Notes: generated from the sequence alone by a model not told the origin. A stretch of DNA of 63,650 bases, filler included, from Reticulomyxa filosa (GCA_000512085.1; 21 parts of 21 records of this genome joined end to end with filler, not necessarily neighbours in it), one strand, 5' to 3'. Positions 1-13,071 are shown, counted from the whole stretch's first letter. Numbers and translations are program-made.

Positions 1-1067
1 TTATATCTTGCATCAAGAAAAGATATTTAGTAATGATGAATGGCGATCAATATGACTGTTTTTTGGATAAACTCTTATTACTTTTCATTATCGTTAAAGT
101 GTAAGAATAATAAAAAAAAATAAATCAAAAAGACTCCATTTTTTGATCAAAATTTTATAATTTTGAATGTACACTAAAAGATAATTAATATAGTCAAATC
201 ATACAGTATTTTATTTGAACAAAAAGAGCATGATAACACACTTTTCTTAGTCAACAACATTTTAATTTAGAGTTGCCATTCCAGAAATAATATTGAATAT
301 GTTTTTGAAAAATATAATAAATTTGTTTAAAACAAAAAAAATTCATTTATTTCTAAGATAGAGATGGATATTGAAAAGATCTTTAAATGTCAAAACATAC
401 ATTCTTTTTTTTTATATTCAAGTTTTTCTTATCAAATTATCCTCCGTTTTTTTTTTTTGCTGTCAAAGATATATCATATATACGATCTTTGTTCATATTT
501 TTTTTATCGTTACTTTAATGTATTAAATGCAAATGCTTCATAACTTTCTTTTTTTGAAGTGTATCATAGTTGATTTAATTGTATTAATAGCAAAAAGAAG
601 AAACACTTAGAGCTAGCATCATTTGTAACCTACATGACAAAATTTCCCTTTTACAAAAATAACACATAGTCAATATTAATTTACTTTGATGACGCCAAAA
701 ATTTTTTCAACATTTTTTAAACTTTCCATGTGTGCCACCACTTTTTCTGGGATGGTAAATTAAACTGGTGAAAAGATATGTTAACAAAGTAAAGACTTTG
801 TAATTAATTTTGACAGAAGTTTGAAAAAACAGTCAAGTATGCCAGACATCGATGAAAAACAAGTTTTTCGTTAAAAGAAAAAAATTACAGCAAATTTAAC
901 TGTAGTATCATAAATTTCACCCTTTGACAAGAAACACACGTATATTATCACTAGACAAAATCAAGCAAATTTGTCATTAACTAATAATTTTTCGAAACAC
1001 GATGTGCTTTGTGTTGTGTGTTTGAAGTGTCTTATTGTCGTTTATGTTTTCTCATTTTCCAACGTTC

Positions 1068-4000
1068 CTAATCTGTAGTTACAAGTAAAGGTTTGTATTC
1101 CTCATTAACCAATCCACTAATGGTTGTGTTCTTGTTTGCAGCAAACCATTGACAAGCTTTTTTGGGTGACCACTTGTGATTGAACTTCCAACACAACAAA
1201 ATAAGGAACGAAATCACCACACCGAAAAGAGCCAAAATAACCAGCTTAGCTGATTTGGAAGACCTATTAACAACGTTGAATTGCATCTCGTCCGCTCGAA
1301 TTCGGAAGACGCCCATATCATTCAACTTTATTGCTTTGGTTTCATATCCGCACGCTTCGTAAAAGTTTGCAGAACGGTTGGCATAAAATAATACTTTGTA
1401 CCAAGATTTGTCATCATCAAGATCGACATTCTTACCTGCACGATAGCCTCCATCCACATGGTTTGTCATCCAGCACAGGCGATCATCGCCCAGTACATCA
1501 AATTGATCACAATGCTCTTTTGCAAAATCTACAGTTGGGTCTGGTGAGAAACCAATCCATGAGATAAAATGACGTCCCCTGGATAAAAGTTTGCGTGATA
1601 ACTTTTTAACTGCATACCATACCTTTTATATTTATGTAGATAGTATTTTTTCAACCCTATGATTACGAGCGCAGTAAATACATAAAAACAAATGAAATAA
1701 TTCAACAGTTATTATGCAAGCGTACCGTTTTTTCGTTGACAACAACGGAAAAGTCGCCTGATTGCGTTGGATCACTTAAAAAGGTTAACAGACGATTATC
1801 GTTTGTGAAAGAGCCGACGTAAATGGTTTCACAATCTCGGGTTTCGCAAGCACCGAAAAACAGTGGCATGTTAAAATCAGCGTCGCCAATGTAAGTTGGA
1901 CAATTTTCCATAATGGCATCAAAGTCCGTTTTATCGGAATACTTTGCCAAGTAGCATGGAACAAAGCCCAGGTTTTCAAGATTTCCAATCGAATAATTGT
2001 GAACAATTCCTGTCGGATAGCAATCTCGTGTTGAAGGATGAATGTGAATTTCCTCCAAGAGATCTATTTCATCATTTGATTATGAATGAATATTAATGTA
2101 TTAGCATGTTCAATGTCAGAGGAATAAAATACTTTATACAAAAAAAAAAAAAATTATGCACATAACAATCTAGTCTTGCCAATAGTTTTTTACGGCGCAA
2201 GGAAAATCGAAATCCGTCGCAAAATGGGCCTTCAATCCATGGAGGAAGATCAACATCAGTGGTTTCAAGAGGGCTGGAATCCCCCGTGGTCAATGGAGGA
2301 CCAGATGGGAATGTTTCGTTACTGTCAATGTCGAAGGGAGTTCCTCTCGTGCTCTCTGGTTCCTTTGTAGTGAGTGGTCCTGGAAGAGTTGGTTGAGTAG
2401 GTCGTTGAGTAGGTTCGTGAGGCCATCCTATTGTGGTCTCTACATCTTCCTTTGTGGTTTCCGAGTGTGGATGCGGTTGGGTAGGTTCCGGTTGGGTGGG
2501 TTCTGGTTGAGTGGGTTCTGGTTGAGTGGGTTGTGGTTGAGTGGGCTGAGTGGGTTGAGTGGGTTCTGGCTGGGTGGGTTGATATTGCGTGGGCCCGACT
2601 TCAGTTGTTTCCTCTGTCTCATCCGTGGTTCTTGGGTTATGTGGTTCAGGTTGAGTGGGTTGGTGGGGGCCTGATTCTGTCGTGTCTGTTGCTTCCTTCG
2701 TAGTTTCAACTGAATCAGTGGTTTCAGGATGTGGTGGTTCAGGTTGGGTGGGTTGGTGGGGACCTGATTCTGTGGTTTCTACACCTACAGTGCCTTCATA
2801 AAACGTCGTTTCGTGTGGGGGTTGCGGTTGTGTGGGTTGGTAGGGACCTGATTCTGTGGTTTCTACACCTGCAGTGCCTTCATAAAATGTCGTTTCGTGT
2901 GGGGGTTGCGGTTGTGTGGGTTCGTGAGGGCCAGATTCCGTGGTTTCTGCTGTTTCCGTGGTCTCTGTTTCGTCCGTGCTTCTAGTGGTTCCTTGTTGTG
3001 GAGGGTTTGGTTCGGTGGGCTGATGAGGTCCCGACTCCGTCGTCGTCTCAACTGTCTGTTCAGTACTTCCAATCTCTGTGGTTTCCGAATGCGGCGGTTG
3101 TGGTTCGGTGGGATGATTTGGGCCAGATTCCGTGGTCTCAGATGCCTCGTTTGTAGTTTCTGTTTGTGGAGGCGCTGGATCCGTAGGTTCACGAGGGGCA
3201 GGAGTTGTCTCAACATCGTTGCTTGTTGTTTCGATATACGTGGGACCTACAGGGCCTTCATAAAAAGTTGGTTGCGGACTCCAGTCGCTCTTTGTTGTTC
3301 CTTCTATGCTTGTGGTTTCGTCTTGCGGATTGGTGGGCTCTTGTGGATTGGCTGGTTGAGTGGGATTATTTGTTTCCGATTCGGTAGTCTCTTGTGCTTC
3401 CGTGGGTTCTTGTGGTTGGATTGGTTCATTTGCTTCTGATTGAGTGGTTGATTGGTCTTGTGGGTTTGTTGGCTGAATGGGGTCATTTGTTTCCGATTCC
3501 GTTGTTTGCTCTTGTGGCTCCGTTGGGCCTTCTCGTTGGGTTGGCTCATTGTCTTCTGATCCCGTCGTTTCATAAGGCGCTGCGTCTTCGGCAAAGGTCG
3601 GCTGTGAGTACGTGTATCTTCCAGAATCGGGACTTTCCGTGGTTTCGTCCGCCGGACCACCATTGCCTGGGCTTTCATTATACGTGGATTGCGTTGCAGA
3701 GTTCGGAGCGGAGGCGGACGTCGAGGAAGCTTGTGAAGGATTCGATGTGGTTGAACTTGCTGTATCGGATGGTATCGCTGTCGTGACTGAACTCGCTGAT
3801 GCGCTCGTTGCAGTGCTGTCCGCAAAGGAACCGCTGGTCGTACCCGATGAGGCCAGGGTGGTTACGACGACGTCGTGACTGTATCAGAATTACTGGTTGC
3901 CGCCACAGAGGTCGCTATAACTGTGGTGGAAGCGGACGATAATGCGCTTGTCGTTGCTGGCGCTGAGGTAGTCGCTGTTGCTGCTTGCGATGAGGTAGTC

Positions 4001-6635
4001 GCTGTTGCTGCTTGCGATGAGGAAGTAGTTTGCGCACTGCTGGCTGCTGTGGTCACCGCACTGGCCGTTGTCAATGGACTGCTATAGCCTTGCAAGCGGT
4101 GGCGCAATGGCGTCGTGTTGAGCTCTTCCCATTCTGCTGATCCACTGTCCGAAGAAAACAATGTTTCTGGCAAAGAAATGTTGTGATAGTGGTAATTTTC
4201 ACACGCCCACTCTTCTGCCTCAAATTCAATCAAGTCATAGCGTACAGTCAATCCGCAGGGTAACAATTTTGCATCGTCATCCAATTCCCACATTACATTA
4301 ATTTGAACCGCTTTCAAAAAAAGTATACGTATATATAATTAATATTAAAATTCTTATTTATGTGTATTATTTATATTCGTACATATGCATATACAAATTA
4401 AAAAAAAAAATACACACGCACAATTGTTGAGAGTAGAATTAGGAATGTCCGATGCATCAAATTGCCATCCCAAGTCCAAATAAGTGCTTGTCAAGTCTTC
4501 ATCTTGTAACAACAAGAAGCCGGTTTCAGCAAAGACATGGACCCCTTTTCGGTAATTAACCCCAAATAAAATGCTTTCCAAAGATAGGAACATGTACTCA
4601 TTAACGACATCCCAGACTAATCCCATTCCAACGCCTTGACAAAATCCATGGCATCCTTCCAAGCCAATAGAAAAGACGAAGACAAACCCTTCGGGCAGTA
4701 ATCCCTCCCACCAGTCAATGGGCAAGCCTACTTCGACCGTGACATTGACATCAATCTCGATGCCAATCTCTTCTACAATTGTCGTGGTGGTTTCCACTGC
4801 GTCAGGGGTTGGCAATACAATGGTTGGGAGTTCTGGTAGTGGTGGATAGTCACTTATATTCAAATCCACATCAAAATATATCACTTCGTCCATATCGGTC
4901 GGAAGCGGTGGTGGTGAGTCTGGAATTTGCCATTCCAATTCCGTATCCACGTCCACTTCCACATCCACATCCACTTCCACACCAACATCAACTTCAAACG
5001 ACTCTGATTCCGAAAGGGGCAATGGCACTGGCGAGTCGTACGACTCCCATTCCAAACCCAATTCCACGTCCACGCCCACATCTACTTCGACACCCACACC
5101 TACTTCCAACTCCAACGCTGTAGTGTCCAATAGTGCTTCTCCAATCGTTTCCACTGTTTCAATCACTGCTTCAACCACCACTTCGGCCACTTCTTCCACT
5201 TCTTCGGCCACTTCTTCCGCTTCTTCAACCACTTCTTCCACTTCTTCAATCACCTCTTCCACTTCTTCAATCACCTCTTCCACTTCTTCGACCACTTCCT
5301 TCACCTCATCGGGCACTTCTTCCTCTGCCTCTTCAATCACTTCTTCGACTACTTCGGCTACTACTTCGGCTACCACTTCGGCAGCTACTTCAATCACTTC
5401 TTCCACTACCTCTGTTGCCACTTCTTCCGCGACCTCCAACACTTCTTCCACCGTTTCAACTACTTCTTCCACAGTCTCGATCACTTCTTCAATTGATTCG
5501 CTTGAATCGATCATGCTCCAATCAATCGACACACTCTCCTTGTCCCCCGATGTCGACAATGCTGCATCCGCAATGGCAACGACTGCATCTACAATTTCTT
5601 CTGCTGGTACGCTGGTCTCAAAGGCTGAATCGGATTCGGGCAATACCCATTCTATTGGTAATGAGGATAATAATGAGGATGAGGATGAGGATGACGATAA
5701 CGATGACGATGTATCACCACTTTCCGAGGACTCATCTTCTGATTCTGATTCTGATTCTGATTCTGATTCGGATTCGGATTCACTGTCTCGTAACTTTTCA
5801 GTCCAAACCGGCTTTTCGGCATCTCCTTCCTCACTCCATTCAAATGAAGCTGACACAGACGATGATGATTTCTTTGCTTCAAGTGCTTTTTTATCTGCTT
5901 GCTTCTCTTTGAATAACGTGGTTTGGTAATAAAACAAATCGTCGCCAAACACTGTCACTGGATCCATCATCATGCAACTGTCTTTGTTCTTTTGGCGAGT
6001 CTTAAATTCTCGGTGTTCTTGTTGCAACATGCTCAGCTTTTTCAATTCAAGCATTTGCTGACCAAGCGCTTTTTTTTTAGTTGCCATTTCATCCGTTAAC
6101 AATTCCACCTTGTTTTCTGCTTGCCATTGTTGCCATTCGAATTCCACTTCTGACCACAAGTTCTTCGCTTTCTCACTTACAAATGCACCTTTACCTTTCT
6201 CTAAATACTTTTTTTTTTTTTTGGATGTATGAAAAAAAAATGTATACGTGCTATCACTGTACGCCCTTTTGTTTTGTTTCAAAAAATGCACAAGGGGGAA
6301 ATTTTTTTTTTTTTTACCTTCCAATCTTCAACTTTGGCTCCCCATACTTGGTTCACCCATTCACAATCATTGGCCAAAAAATCATAAAGCAAGTATTCCA
6401 CCAATTTATCGTGCATTTTTTCACTCAAGAACTGCGTTGCTGCATTTTCGTTTATTGTCATCGCTTCTGTCCATTTGCTCAGTTTCTCACCAAATGCCTC
6501 CTTTACACCTTGTTTAAAAGACTTTGCATCTTTTGCAAACGTATTACGCAGTTGTTCCGGAACTTTTGGAAATTTTGCTGCCTCAGAGCAAAATATCAGT
6601 ACTAGTGTACAAGATAAAATTGACCAAAACGTCAT
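1068..6635 (-). CDS. Large multi-exon secreted/type I membrane mucin-like protein (~1,700 aa): signal peptide, acidic E/V-rich repeats, S/T-rich and P/T/E/Q-rich repeats, Cys-containing globular domain, TM helix, short cytoplasmic tail
   Basis: Signal peptide MTFWSILSCTLVLIFCSEA at 6635. GT-AG introns at ~6317-6200 (acceptor uncertain), 4421-4311, ~2166-2064 and ~1722-1623; the last three join in phase. Open frame 3883-2093 with no start codon until 2293. One 1-nt frameshift near 3870. TM segment LVILALFGVVISFLILLCW near the C-terminus. Confidence 0.7.
2400..3480 (-). repeat. Coding tandem repeats: (EPTQP)n, TTESGPH(Q/E)PTQP units, and an 84-bp (28-aa) duplication starting at 2761 and 2845
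   Basis: Directly visible repeats such as ggttgagtgggttct and two copies of gacctgattctgtggtttctacacct. Confidence 0.9.
5140..5790 (-). repeat. Coding acidic repeats (EEVIEEV/EEVAEEV heptad-like, poly-SE)
   Basis: Translation of ORF 4354..6324; repeated cacttcttc and tctgat units. Confidence 0.9.
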
Positions 6636-7610
6636 TTTATTTGTGAGATACTGAAAAAAAGAAAAAGGATATATTTATTTAAAAACTCCGTTTAATTACT
6701 AGTTTAATGTAAATGCCACATTAAATTATTTACAATAACGTCTACATTTTTCAAGGAATAAGAACTGAAAGTGAGAACAAAGCTTCAATTGCTTTTAATT
6801 TAGCTATAATAATAAATGAAATGTTATAGAAAAGTTACTATGAATATACTTTAGAATTAATTCGCATTGTAGAAAGAGTGCACACTGTCACTAAGTGTAA
6901 TACAAAGTTTACTCTTTGAGTTGTTACAAAAAAACGAAAGCAAATTTAAATAATAAAAGATCCAAATGACAACAAGAAATAAAAGATTAAGAAAACGAAA
7001 ACATAAAGAAAGAATGCAATGAACAATTTTTTGTGATACAATTCTTAAAATGTTGAAACTTTTTGAATAAAAAATATACTTTCTAAATTTATATTAATAT
7101 GTGTTAAAAATCAATTTAATGATTTGAATTAATTTTGATAATTAAATTTCAACATCTGTGATTTGTTATTTTTTATTTGTTTATAAATAAAGAAAATATA
7201 AATTGAAGATATAACTAGTTGTGCAGAAACATTAAGTACGAAATTGGTGTATTTGAACAGATTTCATAGAACAAAATCAAATAAAAAGACAATGGAAAAC
7301 GCAATGAGACAATGAAAGAACAAAATAAATAAAGAAAATATTTAAGCAAATTTTATGAAATTTGAATATTTATTTGAACGCTTTCAACATTAGTTTAAGA
7401 AAAAATTCAGTACGAATGTCGATTATATTTTGTCTATTATTGTGCAAGTGCAAACATTAGAACTGAAGTCGATATATAGTAAGAGCTCACGTTGGAATCA
7501 ACAAACAATTTTTGACTTATTTTTAAATGATATAGTAAAAAATTTCTGTAAAATTGTTATCACGTAAAGAATAACATGTTATCATATAGTCTTTACTCGA
7601 TATAAGTATA

Positions 7611-8079
7611 CAGTTGCGACAAAAAAAAATTATACAACCCTAAAATATGAACTTTTTGTGTTTCTAACAAAAATTTTAGTATCAAATTTTGATTATTTTT
7701 TCTGGTTTACTGGATATACTTTTACACTTTTATAAGTAGTTTGTAAAAACAACAAACAAAAATTTAGAAAAGTTGTTGTAAGAAAAATTTTGCAAAAATA
7801 ATTGTAAGTTAGAAGTTTTTATGTTTGACTTGCTTTAGTTGCGGTCAATATCTACATCAATGTGATGTAGAGATTTTGCTTCAATTACAATCATTTTTGA
7901 AATTTTTTTCTTCAAGAAACTTTTCTAATTTTTTGTTTATTGTTTTTACAAACTACTTATAAAAGTGTAAAAGTATATCCAGTAAACCAGAAAAAATAAT
8001 CAAAATTTGATACTAAAATTTTTGTTAGAAACACAAAAAGTTCATATTTTAGGTTTTTCTAATTTTTTTGTCGCAACTG
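7611..8079. mobile_element. Tc1/mariner-type MITE, 469 bp, ~195-bp terminal inverted repeats, TA target-site duplication
   Basis: TA|CAGTTGCGACAAAAA...TTTTTGTCGCAACTG|TA; arms ~7611-7807 and ~7885-8079 are near-perfect reverse complements; no transposase ORF. Confidence 0.88.
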
Positions 8080-8951
8080 TAGTAAGTAAAAGCTATTCTA
8101 ACTTAGCATCACACGTTGTTCTAGTAAAGAAAAAATTTTGTTCATTGAGAATGCGTATTGATTATTTCAAATTAAGTCAAGTAATAATAATATAAATGCA
8201 CACTTCATAATATAATGATTCGATGAAAAAACTGTCGAAACTCGATACCCGATCAGTATATCTACATGTCACAATATGTGAAGAATATAGTCATAAAACA
8301 GTATTTATCACTTAAAATATGCTATATAACCGAATATTGTGTGCGTAATTACCAGAGACATTCCAACGAATCATAGTACTAATGTTTGGCGGCATGTGGA
8401 TGTCCATGTGTATATCGATAATGTATTGATTGCAACATAAACAGAACAACACATGAAAATATTCAAAAAAGCTTAAACAGTTCACAAAATGCAACGTGAA
8501 ATTAGCAATATAATTGTGAATTTCTAAAAAAGAAATTCTTTATTTGTCTATATTCCTTTTTCTGATATTACGTGACACAAAAATACAGTTTGAACTATTG
8601 AAACACTAAACTATTGCGTCCAATACAAAATGAACCATTCATTGTTATGCAAGATTGCTCAATATCATTGTTAAAAATTGGAAAATGTGGTTGCAATTGA
8701 GTCAAAAATAAAAAAATTTATGAAATAATGTCTTGCATATTTCTTTATTTTGTTTTGTTTGACCAATCACAATGAAAACAATTGTGTTAATATGCCAAAT
8801 GTTGCTTTTTGCATAGAGAAAGTCGATTATCTTCATAAGGACGGACATATTTCTCCCACAAATTCTTAGTTTTTGGGAACCGGAACCGGTGTTATTGTTG
8901 CTGGTAAGAATGAAATTGTAATTAAAGAAATGGATTTAAAAAAATTAAAAA

Positions 8952-10400
8952 CTAGGTTGTCTTTTGGACTTCATCTTGATTTTTGTTTTGTGTTATATCA
9001 TTCAACAAACTATCAATGCTATCAGTTGTATTAGTCGTCACCTTTTCTTCATTGTTGATGTCTCTGACTTTCTCGCGCATTGTTTTTCGCAAATTCATTT
9101 GTCTACTGACCAACCGAGCATAAATGCCATTTTTGGCCACTAGCTCTTCATGTGTTCCTTCTTCTGCAACCTGACCGTCGTCAATGACACAAATCTTGTC
9201 GGCATTCACCACTGTGCTTAACCGATGAGCTACTAAAATCACAGTACACTTTTGCTCAGCAATTGCTTGCTCTAACGCCGCTTGTACAAGTGCTTCTGAT
9301 TCAGCATCTAAGCTGCTTGTGGCTTCATCTAAAATCATCAATTGTGGTTTGCGCATCAGCATGCGCGCCAAGCTTACTCGTTGCTTTTGGCCTCCACTCA
9401 AGCGTGTTCCTCGTTGTCCTGTATCACACATCCGTCCCGAAGGATATATTATTTTATTTGACATAAACACATAAAAAAATTGTGTGTGTGTCCTTTTTGT
9501 CTGTGTACGTTTATGAACATACCAATGCGCGATTCATACTTGTCATCAAAACTTTGGATAAATTCATCAGCATTTGCTAATGTGCAAGCACGCTTTAAAT
9601 CTGCGCTTGTGTAACGATCAACGCCGTAGGCAACATTGAACTCAATAGTCTGGCCGAACAATTCCGTGTCTTGTGACACCAATGCCATTTTATCTCTGAT
9701 ACTGTATACATTGTACTCACGCATATCCACTCCATTGATGGTAATCCTTCCCTGCGTCGGATCGTAGTATCGCAATATCTATGCATTGTGTTTGCAAGGC
9801 AACGCAAAACAAGCACAATTCAGCAAATGGAAAAAAAAAGAGAAGAAGAAAAGAAAAAAAGTATAGACATAAGCAACCGCACTCTGCATTACTCAACTAG
9901 TTTCAACAATGTGGATTTGCCGGTGCCACTCTTTCCTACCAATGCCACTGTTTTTCCTTTTTCAATTGTCAAATTGATTCCTTTCAATATTTCTTTGTTT
10001 GGTTCCATTTGATAAACAAATCGAACATTTTCAAATCTGATGTCACCTTTTGTACAATGTGTTTACATAAACATAATATTGTAAAATCACACACACACAC
10101 ATGTAATGAGACAAGAGAGAGAGAGAGAGAGTTTGAACGTACCATCAATGGTGTCGAGTTTTTTGCCCTGCTTGTTGTCGATCAATTCAATGGAAGGATT
10201 GGAATCGAGCGTTCTGAATATATGTTTAGCAATGAACTTACTCCGATCCAAATTTGGAAATGTACGTCTCAAGGTCTCGAAATGATGTTGCGTGCGCCAC
10301 CAAAAGTTTCAAACGTAAGAAGAGATCCTACCGACAAAAACGAGCCGGCCAAGGCAGTGCTAATCTGAGTCAGTTTTCCATGAGTCGCGTTACCGTCGGC
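8952..10400 (-). CDS. ABCB (MDR/TAP-type) transporter, C-terminal part with nucleotide-binding domain; multi-exon, 5'-partial
   Basis: Walker [10 protein letters not shown] (~9911-9937), RYYDPTQG, Q-loop VSQD, signature LSGGQKQR, Walker [12 protein letters not shown]-loop VAHRLSTV. Confidence 0.9.
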
Positions 10401-10507
10401 TTGCATTGCATTTTTTTGTTGAACGCTTTGAAACAGCAATAGGCCCCCTATATAAAAAAAGTCGGTGATTGTTATGCAATCGTTCTAGCCAACCAATCAA
10501 CAGTAGG

Positions 10508-10538
<31 letters not shown>

Positions 10539-10549
10539 AAAAAAAAAAA

Positions 10550-10649
10550 NNNNNNNNNNNNNNNNNNNNNNNNNNNNNNNNNNNNNNNNNNNNTTAATTA
10601 ATTAANNNNNNNNNNNNNNNNNNNNNNNNNNNNNNNNNNNNNNNNNNNN
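10550..10649. other. Artificial contig spacer N44-TTAATTAATTAA-N44 (first of 20; others start at 12972, 15426, 17018, 19420, 22242, 23358, 27277, 36541, 37961, 39700, 45476, 46602, 47828, 49742, 50968, 52529, 54840, 56552, 58234)
   Basis: Identical 100-nt blocks containing a six-frame stop linker; base composition changes abruptly across several of them. Confidence 0.99.
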
Positions 10650-10829
10650 CATTGCATTGTTTGCAATTTCATTACAAATGCAGCAAATTAAAGTGTCCAG
10701 TTTTTGTGAGTCATTTGTCAATGAAACCCAATCTTTATTGTAACAGTCAGAAAAGGAAAAGATTGAGCTTTTGTTTTCTTTGCTTTTTTCTTCTTCTTCT
10801 TCTCTTATTTCTGCTTCAATTAACAACAT
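10650..10829 (-). CDS. N-terminus of a RING/TRAF-type zinc-finger protein (partial)
   Basis: ATG at 10829; CYNKDWV...LICCICNEIANNAM runs into the contig end; CxxC start of a RING. Confidence 0.55.
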
Positions 10830-12830
10830 TAGTCTTACTTCTATAATAAAAACTTTATTTGAAGTTCAAAACTTTTTTCAAGTTTAAAAATCAGTTACTC
10901 CAAGTACTCTTACAAATAATACGTAATGAATATAATTGAAAATTTTAAGATCAACTTTTTTATTACAGCAAATTTGGTATTAAACGGAAAAAAAACTGAA
11001 GAGGATATGCCTGGAGATGAGAACGGAATGAGATTTTATTGGTTTTTTTTGCTTACCGTTCATTTGCAACAAGTAGAACTTGACACACTTTTTTTACAGC
11101 TCTATTTCAGAAGCTTTGTAGAGGGAATCTCTTTCTTCATAGTGAAATGCTTTCTACATAGTTGTCTTTTTTTCTAGTAAAACTCGAAATGTTTCCAGTT
11201 CTTTTTCAGTAATGTGTTGTATAAAAATTTGTGAGCATATCTGATAAACCTTATTCCATGTTTGTATCTTACAGAAATTTACATAATGGTATATGATATT
11301 AATGATTTAAACGTGATTTTTTTTGCAAAAAATGTTCACAACTTCTTTTGCTGTAAAAAGAAAAAATAAATTGTAAAAAAACGTGTCATGTATGTGCTTA
11401 TTCTTGAACCAATACATTATTTTTTAAACAAATATCTTATTTTGCTTTGTCAAATATTGAAAAAGAAAAATATAAATATGCCATAATCAATACACTTTTT
11501 TTCATATCAATAAAGTAAAAAAATTAACATAATATGAACAACCAACATTACGTAATATAAAGTATTTTATTGTCTGATTAATGGTTCAAATACAGAATTA
11601 TTAAATTATTAAATTATTAAATTATCAAAAGTTTTCAAATGTTTAACAAATAACTTTAAAAGAATTATCAAACAATTGTTGTCATATTTGTTGTGCTACT
11701 CTTAAACCAAAGGACTTTATGTGTTCTGAATCTATTGTTCATACTAAAAAGAAATTAGGTTTAAATGTTTATTTTTCATGAAGAAAATCGATTTTCTTGC
11801 AATATACTGTATTTAAAATAATAAATAATATCATACAAAGCCAGGAGTTGCAAAATATAAAAATAAAAACTGTTTGTCTGAAGTAAAATTGATTTAATGA
11901 TACTTGAAAAATTATTTAAAAAATCATATGTTGTTTTCAATTTGATATTTTCCATTATTTATTTTAAATATGTGTGCAAATATACTATTGGTCAATTAAC
12001 AGCATTCCATCCCTGCAAGATAATGCAAAATTTATTTCCTCCAAAGAAAAAGACTTGTAAAAACATTTTTAGATTCGACTATTTGGTGTTTAAAAATTCC
12101 TGTTTGCATGAGACACTCCAAATTCTGATTTCTGGAACAAAGTCATTATACGTGAGTATAGCGCTGTTTTTACTATTTATTGTGGATAAATATTTAAATA
12201 ATTTTAAAGTAATTACAGACTATTATAAATAAATCAATTGAATTAGGAAAAAAAATACTTATTCAATTTCTTAAAGATAATTATACTTTTAATACGGATA
12301 TTGTTAATTTGACACAATTTAAGCAAGTTCCAATTTATTCAATCTAATTTTTTATAGTTTTTCATGCTTCATTAATGTTTGAAATATTTAATAAATTGAT
12401 TCCCAATACATCAATTCCTTTGTATTGTATTGAAACGATAATGTGAATAAGTTTTTGTGGTTCTGAGCAAGTTAATGTGTAATACTTTGATAAGAGCAAT
12501 GTAAAAACGCTGCTTCAATTTGAGGTAATTCTTGAGAAATTTTCAAATTGATTATAATTTTGCCAATAATATTTTTTCTCTATGATTATCACCTCCAAAG
12601 ATAATATAAATATTTTTAGTATCTTGTTGTAATATGATTATGCTTTCTATATGATAATTTCTGGACTATTTTCAATAAAATATTTTATTTTTTTCAATTA
12701 TGTGCAATTTTTTTGCTTCATTAACCAAACAAAAAATATCAATGTAAAATAAATTTTTAGTTTGTCTTTTGTTTTTTCAAAAGGATCCTTTTTTAAAAAA
12801 TTCTTTAAAAACTTCAGCAACATTATCAAC

Positions 12831-12971
12831 ATGGGCAATCGAACTACAACACAAAAACAAACTAAACAAAGTCAAGATCTTATTACCCTCTTTCAAACTT
12901 TGAAGGAGTTGCCCACTCGACTTGAAGAATCTCAATGTGTGTTACACAAACACGAACTCATCATTTGTGGA
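12831..12971 (+). CDS. N-terminus of an N-myristoylated Kelch/beta-propeller-like protein (partial)
   Basis: MGNRTT myristoylation-type start; FQTLKELPTRLEESQCVLHKHELIICG resembles a Kelch blade ending in ICG(G). Confidence 0.55.
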
Positions 12972-13071
12972 NNNNNNNNNNNNNNNNNNNNNNNNNNNNN
13001 NNNNNNNNNNNNNNNTTAATTAATTAANNNNNNNNNNNNNNNNNNNNNNNNNNNNNNNNNNNNNNNNNNNN

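Noticed and set aside
2176-5948. Many overlapping ORFs on both strands in the repeat region
   Set aside because: They are shadow and antisense frames of the low-complexity mucin-like gene.
10594-10605. Recurrent TTAATTAATTAA motif as a biological repeat or CRISPR
   Set aside because: Always centred in 88 Ns; it is an artificial six-frame stop linker. ORFs running into X residues are artifacts, and adjacency across spacers carries no meaning.
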